Assembly (NCBI GenBank): GCA_054600435.1
Contig: BAAIJX010000036.1
Span: 186,001 to 239,949, forward strand
Origin: Neophaeotheca triangularis
Lineage: Eukaryota
Direction: 5' to 3'
Length of the DNA stretch: 53,949 bases
The notes beneath the pieces were generated by a model. It was not told where the DNA came from and searched no databases. It saw only the letters and a program-made list of their open reading frames with translations. The stretch's first letter is position 1, and every line of letters starts with the position of its first letter. Both the position numbers and the translations under genes were made by a program. This document shows positions 25,027 to 37,286 of this stretch, in pieces.

Positions 25027-25551
25027 TCAAGGCCTCCTCCTGACAAACTCCTCCAAATCCCCCCTCGTAGCGACCCCAAGCACAAACCTCCTCGCCGCAT
25101 CCGTCACAACCGCAAACTCCTGCGTCTGGCCGCCCGCAACGCCCTCCCCACTAAAAAACCCCTGCAGCTCCTCCAAAGGCGTCTCCATACTAATAACCCT
25201 ATACCTCCGTCCCCTGCGCCGGAAACCGGTCATAGCAGCTTCGACGGTATCATTTTCCGTCACGGTTTTGGTCTCGAGTTTCGACCGTAAAGTGGGGACG
25301 GAGAGGTAGCCGAGGAGGGTTTTGTGCTCGGGGTCCAGGACGGTGAGGTGGGTGAAGTCGCGTTCCAGGGCTGTGAGGAGGGCCGAGTGGATTGGGGTCG
25401 TGGGGGTTACCGAGAGGGCTGGCGGCGGGTCGAGGTCTTCGACTGTGGCGCCGCGGTATTTGGAGGCCCAGGGGTTAGAAGGGAGAGCAGTGGTGGTGGT
25501 AATGGGGTCGGTGCCGTTGGGTGTGGGTTGGGGAGGGTGGTTTGCTGCCAT
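25027..25551 (-). CDS. Small CBS-domain protein
   Basis: YRGATVEDLDPPPALSV, ERDFTHLTV, FAVVTDAARRFVLGVATRGDLEEFVRRRP resemble a stand-alone CBS (Bateman) pair. Confidence 0.75.
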   Translation of the reverse strand: MAANHPPQPTPNGTDPITTTTALPSNPWASKYRGATVEDLDPPPALSVTPTTPIHSALLTALERDFTHLTVLDPEHKTLLGYLSVPTLRSKLETKTVTENDTVEAAMTGFRRRGRRYRVISMETPLEELQGFFSGEGVAGGQTQEFAVVTDAARRFVLGVATRGDLEEFVRRRP

Positions 25552-26143
25552 GGTGGACTAGGCGGATGGTCTGGTTGTCGTTGCTAGGTTGGAATTTTCT
25601 TAACTAAATCGCGTGGACTTCTTTCTGTCAAGGGCTAGTAGGGATCTTTAGCGAGGTATCCAAGTACTGGTAAAGTGCTGTACCTAACTGCAAATGTTGA
25701 TGGTTCTGCGTCATATTGCATTGACAACCTAACGTCGAGTGTCCAGCACGTGAAGGCAAGCGTGTGCCAAGAAAGGTAGCCCCTCGGCTCGGGAGGATCC
25801 AAAGCTCCACTTCCACCTTTCCTAGCGCTGGCTAGCTTCGAGGTTAAGGAACGTCCTAACCCCAAACCCCGAGCGACGACGAACTTGTTTCGCGATCGTT
25901 GTCGTATAAGGAGCCGCACGAGGTTTTTGAGAATCCATTTCAACGGGTGGAATCGGTACGTTTGGACACTGCTGCTCGTGACTGTTGCGGGATTATCGGA
26001 CGCATCGTGCCAACTTTTAAAGCTACAGACTTGATCTCTAGGTTCTGTAGTAAAGCATTGAGTCAATCCACTGTAGTAAGCTGACAGTCACTACCAGCAA
26101 ACGCAGCTGCAACAACAAAAACACACGCAATAGCGTCGCGACA

Positions 26144-27639
26144 ATGCCTGGTCTCTTTCCCACTGCCAGCGCCTTGAGCGCCAACTTCACCTCCCCCATC
26201 AACGGCTCTCGCCAGTCGAGCGCTTCGTCTCACCGAGCTCGCACCGAGCTTTATCAATCTTGGAACATCACCGAAGATGCAAAGCAAAAGACTGCGGAGC
26301 TCAGCAACGCTGCCAAAGCGGAGCTCAACAAGGCCTCTGAAAAGGTCGGCGCAAAGACTGGACGGTTGGAGCTCTACTCCAAAGAGTTCTACGCGTCAGC
26401 CACTTTCGGCGGCATGATGGCGTGCGGCTTGACACATTGGGCTGTGACGGTGGGTTGACAATGCCTGAACAAACATCGGTTGTCGCATCTCATCAAATTC
26501 CAGCCTCTCGACCTCGTGAAATGCCGTCGCCAAGTCGATAGCAAAATGTATACCGGCAACATGCAAGCATGGCGCAAAATCGCCAGCGAAGCCGGTATTC
26601 GTGGCATCTACACCGGTGGCTCGCCAACGTTCTTCGGCTACTCGATCCAGGGCGCCTTCAAGTACGGCTGGTACGAGTACTTCAAGAAGACATACTCCGA
26701 TTTAGTCGGCCCGGAGAATGCGTACAAGTACAAGACATATGTTTACTTGGCTGGGTCTGCGTCCGCTGAATTCCTCGCTGATATCGGTCTCTGTCCATTA
26801 GAAGCTGTTAAAGTGAGGATGCAGACGACGATGCCACCGTTTGCGACAGGAAAGTCTCGGCAAGCTGACATAGAAGTTACACTTACCTAACTTGATCGTG
26901 AACAGGGACATTCGACGGCATCTCAAAGATCATGAAGTCAGAGGGAATCGGAGGGTAGGCACTCACTGAGAAAACCATTTCTCTTGGCCCGCTTCAATAC
27001 TGACCTGCCTTTCCGCAGCCTCTACAAGGGAATTGTGCCCTTGTGGTCGAGGTAAACGTCTTCCGACAGCCCGAATGACCAAGATTGAAAACTTACGCAT
27101 AGACAAGGCAAATTCCCTACACCATGATCAAGTTCAGCACTTTCGAAACGATCGTTGAACAAATCTACCACCAGCTCCCAGGACAGAAGAATGATTACAG
27201 CAGCGTCGCGCAGACCGGTGTCGCCTTCACCGGTGGTTACCTGGCAGGTATCCTGTGCGCCGTTGGCTCTCACCCAGCTGATGTTATGGTCTCGAAACTC
27301 AATGCTAACAAGATGCCCGGAGAGGGCACCGGTGCCGCGCTCTCTCGCATCTACAAGGAGATTGGCTTTGGGGGACTCTGGAACGGATTGCCTGTCCGGT
27401 AGGTTTGCCTGGAATGGTCTGGAGACTCGACCAGAAGTAGCTGACAGTTGAGGTAGTATCGTCATGATTGGAACTCTCACGGGTTTGCAGTGTGAGTTGA
27501 AACCCTTCAAGAAGACAGTCAATGCTTCGGTGCTAATCTTTATTGTTCAGGGATGATTTACGACTCCTTCAAGATCTGGATGGGGTTCCCGGCCACGGGT
27601 GGCGCTGCTCCACCTCCCGGCATGGAAGAGAAGAAGTAG
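26144..27639 (+). CDS. PIC2: Mitochondrial phosphate carrier (Pic2/Mir1 family); exons 26144-26449, 26504-26849, 26906-26954, 27019-27051, 27108-27398, 27457-27491, 27551-27639
   Basis: Carrier motifs [61 protein letters not shown]. Confidence 0.9.
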
Positions 27640-28654
27640 ATGGCCAGGTCCGCAACTTGATAATGGATACCAGGTATCCAAGTGCTGATGACACTGATGC
27701 GCGGAGATGGAGGGATGAGGAGGGAGAGCTCGGTGATCGGGAAGGAAGGCCGAGCCTTGGATTGTTGGTCATGTTTCGGTACGCAGTGGTAGTCGCTCCA
27801 GGTCCAGTTCTTTCATGTATACCGGTTAAGGCTCCACGGTTATAATTTCGTTGTCAACAAGGTATTTGCAGCGCCGGGAGTGGCATGTAATAGTCAGAAA
27901 TGCTGCCAGAATGGCAGGCCAGAATGGCAGGAAGTCGTGCAGTCATCCCGGTAAACTTCTAAGTGGAGGCTTTGCGGCAGGATAACGCGCTTTGCGAGTG
28001 GTCTCCCATGTCGTGGCCCTGGCAGGGTGAGATATTGAAAGTCGGTACCCAAGTTGGCGCTGACTTCGAGCGGCCAATTCTTCGTGTCTTGGCCTCGGAG
28101 TGCACGCCACTACCTCTCGCCGGCGCACAGCATATCCCACGTGGATTACAAACATGTGCCTACCGTACATCCGGGGTGCGAGGATTCTTTTGGTTAAAAT
28201 GTAAAGTGATTGTAACGGTTTTAAAATCCATCGCCAACCGATATCCACCGATAAGAGCTTTATCTTATCTCGATAGCCATACCTTGGCAACCTGACGTCT
28301 TACCTCACCCCTTTACTCACGTCCACGGGTTGTAGGTAATGTTTGCTTATTTGCAACGACAATTAGCAACCGTACATGGTGGTACTATGTCTGATGATAA
28401 CCTACGCTGCGGCTGACTGCAGCTGCCCGACGTCAATCATGAATCGTTCCACAGCGACCATGTGACGCATTTTAGGTAGGCGTAGGCTGGTCTTGTTTCG
28501 ATACCACCCTTTGCTTTCCCTTTCTTCCACTCTCGCATTATTTAGGATCTTGCTCGGAGCTTAAGTAGTGGTCGACTACGACGAAGCAGCAAAATCACCT
28601 CCTCGCCATCCCAGAACCCTTCCTTGCTCCAGAACCTGATCAAAGCAAGCAACC

Positions 28655-29160
28655 ATGCCCGAAGTCCACTCGACCGGCCGCGGAGGTACGCCCACTCACC
28701 CAGCACAGCACAGCACAGCCCAAACCCCCCAACACCCACCCACAAGCCACAGCAACAGAACTAACACCCACACCCAGGTGCCGGAAACATCGGCAAAGAC
28801 GAAGCAACCTACACCGACGCCAACATCGTCCGCGAAGGCATCGCGGGCGAGAGCAACCGAGCCGAGTACTCGAGCGGCCGCGGCGGCGCCGGCAACATGG
28901 TAAACTCGCCCGCACCTCCGGCCAACTCAACGGGAGCTTTTCAAGCGCCCCCGCCCGGCTCGGAAGAAGTCGTGCCCGAGCCTGCGACTCGCGAACACCG
29001 GCCGGGCGAGGACTATGCCGATTTTCACACCGGCAGGGGAGGCGGGGGCAACGTGCACAGGGAGAAGTATGGGGGGCATAGTAAGCCGCAGAAGGAGGCG
29101 GGGGAGAAGAAGGAGGGGTTGGGGGAGAAGATTAAGGAGAAGATTGGGTTGGGGCATTAG
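28655..29160 (+). CDS. Small GRGGAGN-repeat protein (DUF3602/Par32-like); exons 28655-28685, 28778-29160
   Basis: HSTGRG|GAGNIG, YSSGRGGAGNM, FHTGRGGGGNV after removing intron GTACGC...ACTAAC...CAG. Confidence 0.8.
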
Positions 29161-29713
29161 GTGGGATTGATCGATTGGACGGACGGGTTTCTTGATGAAG
29201 GCTTACGATTCAACGGCTGAGTTGCTCTGAGATATAGTGCTATATCTTGCCTTCTGTCGAGACCTTGTTGGAGAAAGCAGTACTTTCATTGGTCTTCAGC
29301 TCCATCGTTCCGGCGTACCAATGGTTCACTGCCAGTGTCGCTGTTCTTCGTTTGCCGTGAGACTGTGCGCATCGGGGGCAACGGTTACGAGTCTATTCAC
29401 GTGAAACATTCTCATTCCACAGCCGCCTCTCCTCTCTCCCGATTTGCATGCTTTTGATACTCAACAAAACCCACACTTTGATATTCATTAATCATGATTC
29501 CATTCGAACGGGGCATATGCTTCTGGGATTAGGGCTGCGACTCAACCCTCAGATTTCGCCAAGGATTTCTTTTGATCACATTGATGGTTGGTTGTGGCTA
29601 TGTACATGCAGCCCATTCCATGATACAAAACTCTTTCTCATGCTATCAATCGTTCCGTCTATCTTTCCTCGCGTCTACATCCTATATCTTTCGTAGTCCC
29701 ATGATTGACATAT

Positions 29714-32342
29714 TTACAACTGGAATTGCAGCACGTTAATAGACCAGCGAGGAACCTCCCACTGGAAAACGCCAGCCTCGCCCCTGACGGCATCCTGGTC
29801 GATCTCGATAGGCGCGGGCACAACCTCAGTCTGGTTGTTGATGAAGTTGTACGCGTTCAGGTCCGAAGCGGTAATAATGGTACCGTTGACGTTGTGCCAG
29901 CTGCAGTCAAAGTCCACGCTCAGCGGGACCGAGGAGTTGAGCGTGTTGATGACCTTGAGGTAGACGCTGTTGCTGGGCTCGTCGATGGTGGCGACCCAGA
30001 ACATGGGGTTGAAGTCGCCCTCAGAGTTGGTAACTGGGAGGACTTGCGTGCCCCTGTAGGATGCAAAGAGTTGCTGTTGGTAATAGGACGCCGAGAGGAT
30101 GGTATTGGCTGGGTCGGCATCGTATGCGATCATGTTCGGGACCCAGTTGAAGCTACGCGGTGTGTTAGCTATCGAGTACCAGTATTCGAGCTTCTGCGCA
30201 AGAAGTCCCTTGGATTCTCATCAAGTTTTGACTTACTAGTTGAGGTTCTGCAGGCTTGGTGCGTAGGCACCGAACTTAGCGACGTTGGGATTCCTCTCCA
30301 AACCAAGAGCATACACTCCCTCGGCCAGGGCGGAAAATAGGCGAGGGTAGTTGACATGGAGGTTCTCGGGGTAGGGTTGGTTGAAGACAACGTTTCCTTC
30401 CGGCGTATCGATCTGGAGCACACTGTACTCTCCGACAAAGATGCCCACGTCTGTCAGGTTCTCACGCTCCTGCCAGTTGTCGTAGTAGTCAAAGTTGCGT
30501 ACAAAGTACGAAGGCTCCTCATAGTGGTGCGTGTCCCAGAGGGTGCCTTCGGGAAGATCGATGCGCCAGTTCGGGTTTTCGTTGTAGGCGGAGGCGATGT
30601 ATGTGATGTCGGGGTAACGAGCCTTCAGGCCCTCATACATGATGGGCCATCGGTAAGGGTAGGTCTCGCTGAACCAGTCCTCGTTACCAATCTCGACGAA
30701 GTGAACAGGGAAGGGCTCCGGGTGTCCGTTGGCTGCGCGCACAGATCCCCAGTACGTCTCGTTTGGATCGCCCATGCAGTACTCCAGCTCGTCCAGGGCC
30801 TCCTGGACAATTTCGCCCATTCGGTCTTCAGAGTAGGAGGGTCCATTTTGGTCATAAATATCGAGACTATCGAATGTTAGCATCCCAGGAATGCGGCTTG
30901 TTTCTGCGCATCGATGACTTACGAGAAACCCGAGTAAACATCCAGTAGCGGCTCGATTTCCATGTCCTCACACCACATCAAGTATTCGTCTGCGTTTCGG
31001 ATTAGCCAATTTCGGGTAACGGGGAACAATTGTCAGACTTACGGAGACCTAGACCTTGAGTGTTGTAGTACTGCCAGTCACCAGGGCGACCAGGGCGATC
31101 AATGAGAGGGCCAAGGGTCTCGTTCCACTTCCATCGAGCCTGTGGCGATTTGCCCTCTGATGTTTCGTTAGAATGAGTAGCTAGAGAGCTGCCGTCGGGA
31201 CCACCTAACAAGGTTGTTGCCGCCTGGGAAGCGGAGGAAGGTAGGGTTGAGGCCTTTGAGTAAATTAGCCGGAGAACCGTGTAACACCGAATTCTCGCAA
31301 TCTTACCGTAGAACGCTTCGGCGATGTCACGGCGGAGACCATTCTCGGTGCCTCTAAAGGTCTCGGGGAACAAACTGAACAAGGTGAAGTAGTAAGTGTG
31401 ACCGGCAACTTGCTCTCCGTCCATAGTGACGCAGAAAGTGTTGTTCGAGTTCGGAGCAGATCTGTTGGGCTGAAGAGTCGTCTCGTATCGGGCAAAGTCG
31501 ATCTCGGGTACATCCTGATCCCTGAGCGTCGAGGAAGCGTAAACCTCGCCGGTTTCATTTGAACGAAGGCTGAAAGTGAAGTCGGTAAGGTCATCCCAAT
31601 TCCTGGGACGGTTACCCAGCGCATGGAAAAAGGTCTTGTAAGTCTGAGGCGATACATCCATTCCCCACCAGCCTTAAGAAGCCATTTGTTAGCTTTCCGA
31701 CCCATTTGAGTTAATCGATATTCAATCGTATCTTACCAGTGTTGCAGACGCCGACCTCGCCTGAAGAAAACTGTCAGTGAATGCGACTTAAAGACACCGT
31801 ACCTGTGCGAACAAACCTGTTGCGTTGAAGGGAATATCAAGTTGAATGCCGTTCTGCAAAGCATCCGAGATTGGGTGCAGGCGATCGAGATTCAGGCGAA
31901 CGTTGTCACCGACAGACTCCCATGCCGTGATGACGGGACCGATGGGCTCGATTGGGTTCTCCGCATTGAAGATGAAGCTGCCATTGAAGCCCTCAATGTT
32001 CGTTACTCGCCAGTCACTTCCTTGGAAAGCACGGTTGGAGAGCATCTCAGCATAGATGCCGCCGTCACCGCTGTGGCTGATGTCTTCGTGCATGAGGCCA
32101 TACAGATACGGGGCCGTCTGGTTGCGCTTGCCCGTGTCACGGGTGTTTATGTGCAACGCCACAGGGGAGTTATCGTCCCGGGTGGCGTTGATGGCCGGCG
32201 AGTACGAGAGGATGTCGGTGATGGAGCCATTCTCAACGACATGCCAACTGTCTCTGGTGTATATGATCGGGGCTGCTGCCGGTTCTTGGGCTTGTGTGGC
32301 CGCTGACAGTAGGGCTGCTACAATGGCAAAACGGGAGGCCAT
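29714..32342 (-). CDS. Secreted GH51 alpha-L-arabinofuranosidase (AbfA-like), about 8 exons including a 24-nt microexon (31737-31760)
   Basis: Signal peptide, YGLMHEDISHSGDGGIYAEM, RFPGGNNL, WKWNETLGPLIDRPGR, VEIGNED, DTHHY, FVGEY, LGLERN. Confidence 0.92.
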
Positions 32343-33414
32343 GTTGGACGAGAGAGATGAGAAGGGATTGATTGGCTTTGAACCACTTTTGCTGACCCAG
32401 GATGCCCTCCAGGCGGGCGGGCATGGCGACTTTATGTCTCAAGTCTTCTTCTACCCATTGTTTACCTTGATCTCCACTAACCATGTGCCCAGCCTGCTAG
32501 CTACGGCTTGGGCATACGTACTACTCGTACTTGATATTGGCCATCCAACAGCCGTAGAGCAAATGCGTCGATGTGGATGATGAGACAAGACGAGAAAGGC
32601 GGGCTTCAATGGTGGATTATTCGAAAGCACTGGACGACCAAGCCTACCATGACACGATCCCCACAGACGCGGTCGGTGCCAAGTGGGGGGGATCGGAACG
32701 CGGGAGGCGCCGTACACGGGGTCTGGGGTTCTCAATTGGCTACATTGGCGTGCCGAGTGGAAAAGAGCAGGCAAGAGCAGGCTAAGAGCAGGTTCCGAGC
32801 CTGCTGTTCGACATCACCGCCATGCTCAACCTGCTCAAGGTAAGATTCGCTTAGGTACAGATTGCAGATTGCAATCTTCGGACCTTGACCACCTTGACGT
32901 CGTCGTTGACCGGGAGACCGGCGGAGCTCTTGGCTCTCAATCCGCGTGCAAGGCCAAGAACCCGGTCGACATGTGGTCCGCCAATGAAGACCTCGCTCAC
33001 ATATACCTCATTAGAGGATGCGCCCTCGCACCATAGCATCACCGCCTAAGACAACGAGTTACCATCACCTCACCTCGTACGCCTAAGACGAAGTTAAACC
33101 GACTCTGATAGCAGACCCTTTCACTTGCACACCTGCACAACCCCTTGATGCGCAGTGGCCTGGCAAGAGCATCCCTCGAAACATTCCCTTGTTCTGCCGG
33201 TGCTTTCATTGCCTTTACGCATCACAGCTCGGAGAGGGGGGATGCCCTGAAACTGGCCGGCCCTTGGGCCGACGGAAGTGGCGAATGCGATCGATACAGG
33301 ATGCAGGTTGAGAAAAGAATCAAGAGACGCTACACCGTTGTACATAAGCAAGATATAGCGGTCACAACACCTCCCAATTCCTCGTCAGATTCTTCAAATA
33401 CCACCCTTGCTACC

Positions 33415-35994
33415 TTATTTCTTCCCCTTCCGCATCCTCTTCTCCCGCTCATACTGCTTCGACTCGGCGCCTTCCTCATTCTGCACCTCAGCAATGAGCT
33501 TCCTGTACTTCTTCTCATACGCCGCATCCGCCTCCCTCTTCTCGCCCAGCTTCTGGCGCGCAATAAAGTTGGCATCCTTGCGCAGCTCGCGTAGCGCCCC
33601 TTTGCGCTCGCGCTTGTACTCCTTCTGCAGCTTGTTGGCCTCCGTGCGCTCCTTGTCAGGGTCGTAGTGCTTGTCTGGGTTGAAGGATTCTTCGAACTTG
33701 GGGATCGAGGTGCGGATTGGTTGGGCACGGTGGTGGTGGAGTTGAAGGGGCTGCAGGGGGTGAGGGGGGTTGGCGAGCATGATTTGTAGGTTGCGTGATT
33801 CTTTCTTTGGGAGGAGAGATGTGAAGGTTTGAAAGAGTTCGTGGAAGGATGGTATGTCTTTCCAGAGATTCGCGAGTGTGATGATGTTGTTGGCGTGGTC
33901 TTTTTGATGGGTTTGCGGTTGAGCTGCCAGGGCACGCTGCGTGAAACGGAGGGTTTCGGGAACGAAGCGCTTGCTCAGTTGTTGGTAGCTGGCGGAAAGG
34001 CGTACGAGGAGAATGCCGGTGGCATGGACCTCTGGTGTTGTGGGCGCAGTCATTTCTAACCATCGTGCCATGAGTGTGATGGCCGGGGTGACAACTTGAT
34101 GAAAATGGTCACTCGTCGGATAGATAGATCCAATGGCAGTCAGTACAATCAAGTCCCCAGCTTCCGGCTGACCACGCTCGTGGAAAGCTTGCAGATGCTT
34201 CCTGAACGCATTGGCGATGGTCTCTGGGTATGTACGCGATAGCGAGTGAAGATGTCGTATGAGTTGCTCGATAATAGGAAGCGGCTGCTTCTTATATGCC
34301 ATGTATGCAACGTGATCCACGAGTACTGCTGAGAAATCCGACATGCTCTCTTTGTTCGAAGAAGAAAGAGAAGGGTGGTGTAGAGCCCTGATACGCTGAA
34401 CGATCGTTGGCAGCTCCGAAGGCTTAACCTTGGCTGTGATCTCGAGCATCTCGGAGTGAGTGCGAGGGCACGGGTAGGTAAATGCCAGTCCAGTGCTGTC
34501 GGCCACCTTCGCGGGCTTCTCCCCCAGTTTGAGGTCGTTGGCACCTGTTGGGCCTTCGTCACCCAAAATACCTTTTATGAATTCGTCATCCTCATCGGCG
34601 TCGCGCTGATCTTCTGGATCAGCTTCTGCCTCGCTTTCTTCGCCCTCCGACTCTTCACTCATATCGACATCCACATCCGAGCCGCTTGCTATGAGGTCAC
34701 CATCGAGCGCAAACTCGTCTTCATCCTCAAGAACGAGTTGCTCTCCCTTGTTAGGTTTCTGGGGTGGAGCTGAGCTTGTGAAACCAAATTCCGCAGCTTC
34801 ATCTGGAATCTCTTCCTCGTCTTTCTTGTCCACTTCTCCTTCATCCTCTGCGTCGTGTCGTCTCCGGGCGGGCTCTTCGTCGTCCGATACGTCCTCCCCT
34901 CGCATTCTCTTTGTTCTCTTCTCCTCCAATTCTTTCAACCTAGCAGCCTCTTTCTCGGCCTTCTCCTCAGCTGTGAGGGTTTTGTCTGAAGGTTGAGCTC
35001 TCGTGTCTTGCGCGAGCTGACGCAATTTCGTGTCATACTCCTTGTCGGCATCCTTCCTGTCCATACCATCGAGTAGGCGCTGCCTATCCGGATTCATGGT
35101 AGGGCCATCGCCGTTACTTTTCGCTTCCAGGTTGTTCGAGGCGGGTGTCGGAACTTTGTGGCCTTGCAGCAGGGCCATCATCTCTTGCATTCCCAAGTCG
35201 AGCTCGTCTCGCAAATCATCGTCGTCCTCTTTGGCTTTCTGCCGCTCGTACTTGTGTAGCTTAGACTTTGCAATAACCTCCTTCATTACCTCTTGTTTCG
35301 TCTTTTTACGTTGCGGCTGGTCGCCATCTTCTTGGTCGGCAAGCTCGTCCTCTACCCCATCCTCCTCGACATTAGATTCAGGCCGCTTTCGCTTCAGGAA
35401 GCCTCCATCATCGCCCTCGCTCTCCGATCCAGCCGAGACGTCCTCCCCAAAGTCATCAGCCGCCAGATCCTCAAGCCGACGACCACCGTGAGTCAAACCA
35501 GCCCCAGCCCCTTCATCATCACTGCCCTCGAGATCGAACATGCCCCCCTTCTTAGCCTTCCCGCTCTTTTCCATTGCGAACCTCTGCGCCGCCCGTTCCT
35601 CAGGCGTCATATCCGTATCTCCTTCTCCAATTCTCCGGTCGACCAGTCCACCAACCTTGTTCCTCTTCTGCATTTCTGGCAGCAACGTGGCACGTCTGCT
35701 CTGCTCGCCCATACTCTTGGAGACACCAGGTCGGTGAAGCACCTGCTTGTACTTGCCACCAGCATCGTCGCGGGAAGTTGATTGAAATTTCGCTGGGCGC
35801 GAAGAGACTGCCTTGTACTCGAAAGGATTGAAGCTCTCGCGTATAGACTGGAGAGCTACATTGCGCTGGACTCTGTCGTTGTTGCCGTTTTTGCCATGAG
35901 CGGCGGCTTTCTTTTGCTTTTTCGATTTTTGACCGCCGGTGACGCCTTGTTCCCGGAGCGAACTTTTCAGTCGCTTGAGCTGTGAGGGCGGCAT
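33415..35994 (-). CDS. NOP14: Nucleolar SSU-processome protein Nop14
   Basis: MPPSQLKRLK, NPFE, KVGGLVDRRIGE, KTKQEVMKEVIAKSK, IYPTSDHFHQVVTP, ERKGALRELRKDANF. Confidence 0.95.
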   Translation of the reverse strand: MPPSQLKRLKSSLREQGVTGGQKSKKQKKAAAHGKNGNNDRVQRNVALQSIRESFNPFEYKAVSSRPAKFQSTSRDDAGGKYKQVLHRPGVSKSMGEQSRRATLLPEMQKRNKVGGLVDRRIGEGDTDMTPEERAAQRFAMEKSGKAKKGGMFDLEGSDDEGAGAGLTHGGRRLEDLAADDFGEDVSAGSESEGDDGGFLKRKRPESNVEEDGVEDELADQEDGDQPQRKKTKQEVMKEVIAKSKLHKYERQKAKEDDDDLRDELDLGMQEMMALLQGHKVPTPASNNLEAKSNGDGPTMNPDRQRLLDGMDRKDADKEYDTKLRQLAQDTRAQPSDKTLTAEEKAEKEAARLKELEEKRTKRMRGEDVSDDEEPARRRHDAEDEGEVDKKDEEEIPDEAAEFGFTSSAPPQKPNKGEQLVLEDEDEFALDGDLIASGSDVDVDMSEESEGEESEAEADPEDQRDADEDDEFIKGILGDEGPTGANDLKLGEKPAKVADSTGLAFTYPCPRTHSEMLEITAKVKPSELPTIVQRIRALHHPSLSSSNKESMSDFSAVLVDHVAYMAYKKQPLPIIEQLIRHLHSLSRTYPETIANAFRKHLQAFHERGQPEAGDLIVLTAIGSIYPTSDHFHQVVTPAITLMARWLEMTAPTTPEVHATGILLVRLSASYQQLSKRFVPETLRFTQRALAAQPQTHQKDHANNIITLANLWKDIPSFHELFQTFTSLLPKKESRNLQIMLANPPHPLQPLQLHHHRAQPIRTSIPKFEESFNPDKHYDPDKERTEANKLQKEYKRERKGALRELRKDANFIARQKLGEKREADAAYEKKYRKLIAEVQNEEGAESKQYEREKRMRKGKK

Positions 35995-36327
35995 AGTTGC
36001 AACGTCGACGCACAAATTAAAGACGATTTTCAAGAATGATACATGGAAAGATTAAAAACCTACCGCGGAAAGTGCTGCAGTCCGAACTTTTTTGAAGCTC
36101 GAGCCGACGAAACGCGGGGGCGGGCCGAACCATTAGCTCGCAGAGCCGCAATGCACGTTTCCGCTACATGCCTTCCCGATCCGGTCATTGTTGGAACTTC
36201 ACTCAAGTGAGCTCACGTCTTCACTTCACCAACACTAGCAGTCCTCGTGATGCTGTCGAAATGACACCCACAATACCGCCTTTCATTCCAGGCTGTCGAG
36301 CCATATCGACAACCAACCGACACCATC

Positions 36328-37065
36328 ATGGCCTCTCAGATACCTGACCGGTACATCTGGCTCGGCCTCGGCGTCTTCATGATCGGGGCCGCCTACGCCG
36401 TCCGTTACGCCATGCGCGACATCAACGAGCTCACAGCCTTACCCGACGACTGGGACAGAGAAGAAGAGCCCGCAAAGGGCAAAGAACCCAGCGATGGTGA
36501 GTCGTGGACAAACGTCGCCGAACCTTCCGAACTCCACTTTAACAATGTCGAAGAGCTCAGTGTCGAAACCTTGCGCGCGCTCGTCACCCACCACAACCCC
36601 AACATCGCCAACTCCGCCATCTCCATCGTCTTGCAGCGTTTCGCCGCCCTGCCCAATATCAGCGAGGAGATGTACGAAGAGTACAACTCTTCCGACCCTG
36701 TTGTCCGTCACCGCGCTCGCACGATCATGAAGTTTCTTGAAAACTATCCTCTGCCGCCGGAGATGGATCGTATCTTGCCTATTCGACCAGCTGATGCCGA
36801 CGCTGTCATGGACTCGCTACGTCGGAGTCAGTCGCCTAGCCCCTTTGTCTACAATGCGTCCGGCAACGACTCGGTTCCACAGCACGTGAGAGAACACGGT
36901 TCGCAGGTACCGGGACTCACGGAGGAAATGATGGAGGCGAGGAACCGTAGGATTAGGAGAGAGGCGGTTGTGCTGCATGAGGGCGACGGAGAGATTGTGG
37001 AAGATGATATCTATCGTGGCAACGAAGATGGGGAGCATGCCGGGTCTGATGGTCTCGATTACTAG
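36328..37065 (+). CDS. Hypothetical protein with N-terminal transmembrane helix; probable in-frame 57-nt intron 36497-36553
   Basis: 245-aa ORF with hydrophobic YIWLGLGVFMIGAAYAV; intron signals GTGAGT...TTTAAC...AAG. Confidence 0.7.
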   Translation: MASQIPDRYIWLGLGVFMIGAAYAVRYAMRDINELTALPDDWDREEEPAKGKEPSDGESWTNVAEPSELHFNNVEELSVETLRALVTHHNPNIANSAISIVLQRFAALPNISEEMYEEYNSSDPVVRHRARTIMKFLENYPLPPEMDRILPIRPADADAVMDSLRRSQSPSPFVYNASGNDSVPQHVREHGSQVPGLTEEMMEARNRRIRREAVVLHEGDGEIVEDDIYRGNEDGEHAGSDGLDY

Positions 37066-37286
37066 GCAAAGATCTGCACAAACACGCCGAGACCATGCGC
37101 ATGGCCTCGAGCCCATGACATCTGGCTGCTGCATTCGAGGCTAAGCTCCTGATCCAATAGCAAAAATCAAGCCTTACGTTCATTGAGGCAGACCAAATTA
37201 TTCTATATCGTGCAATCATCCCTTTCAACTCCCTATCCAAGACACAAGAAACCGAGAGCCAAAAAGAGCCAATAAAAAGCAAAAAA

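Noticed and set aside
26864..26879. GCTGACATAG|AAGTT suggesting a [D2,3] stwintron in PIC2
   Set aside because: There is no GT|GT upstream at a workable distance, the branch-to-AG spacing is too short, and it would delete conserved KVRMQT codons.
27906..27931. 13-bp tandem duplication CCAGAATGGCAGG x2
   Set aside because: A simple local duplication in a 3' flank with no further structure.
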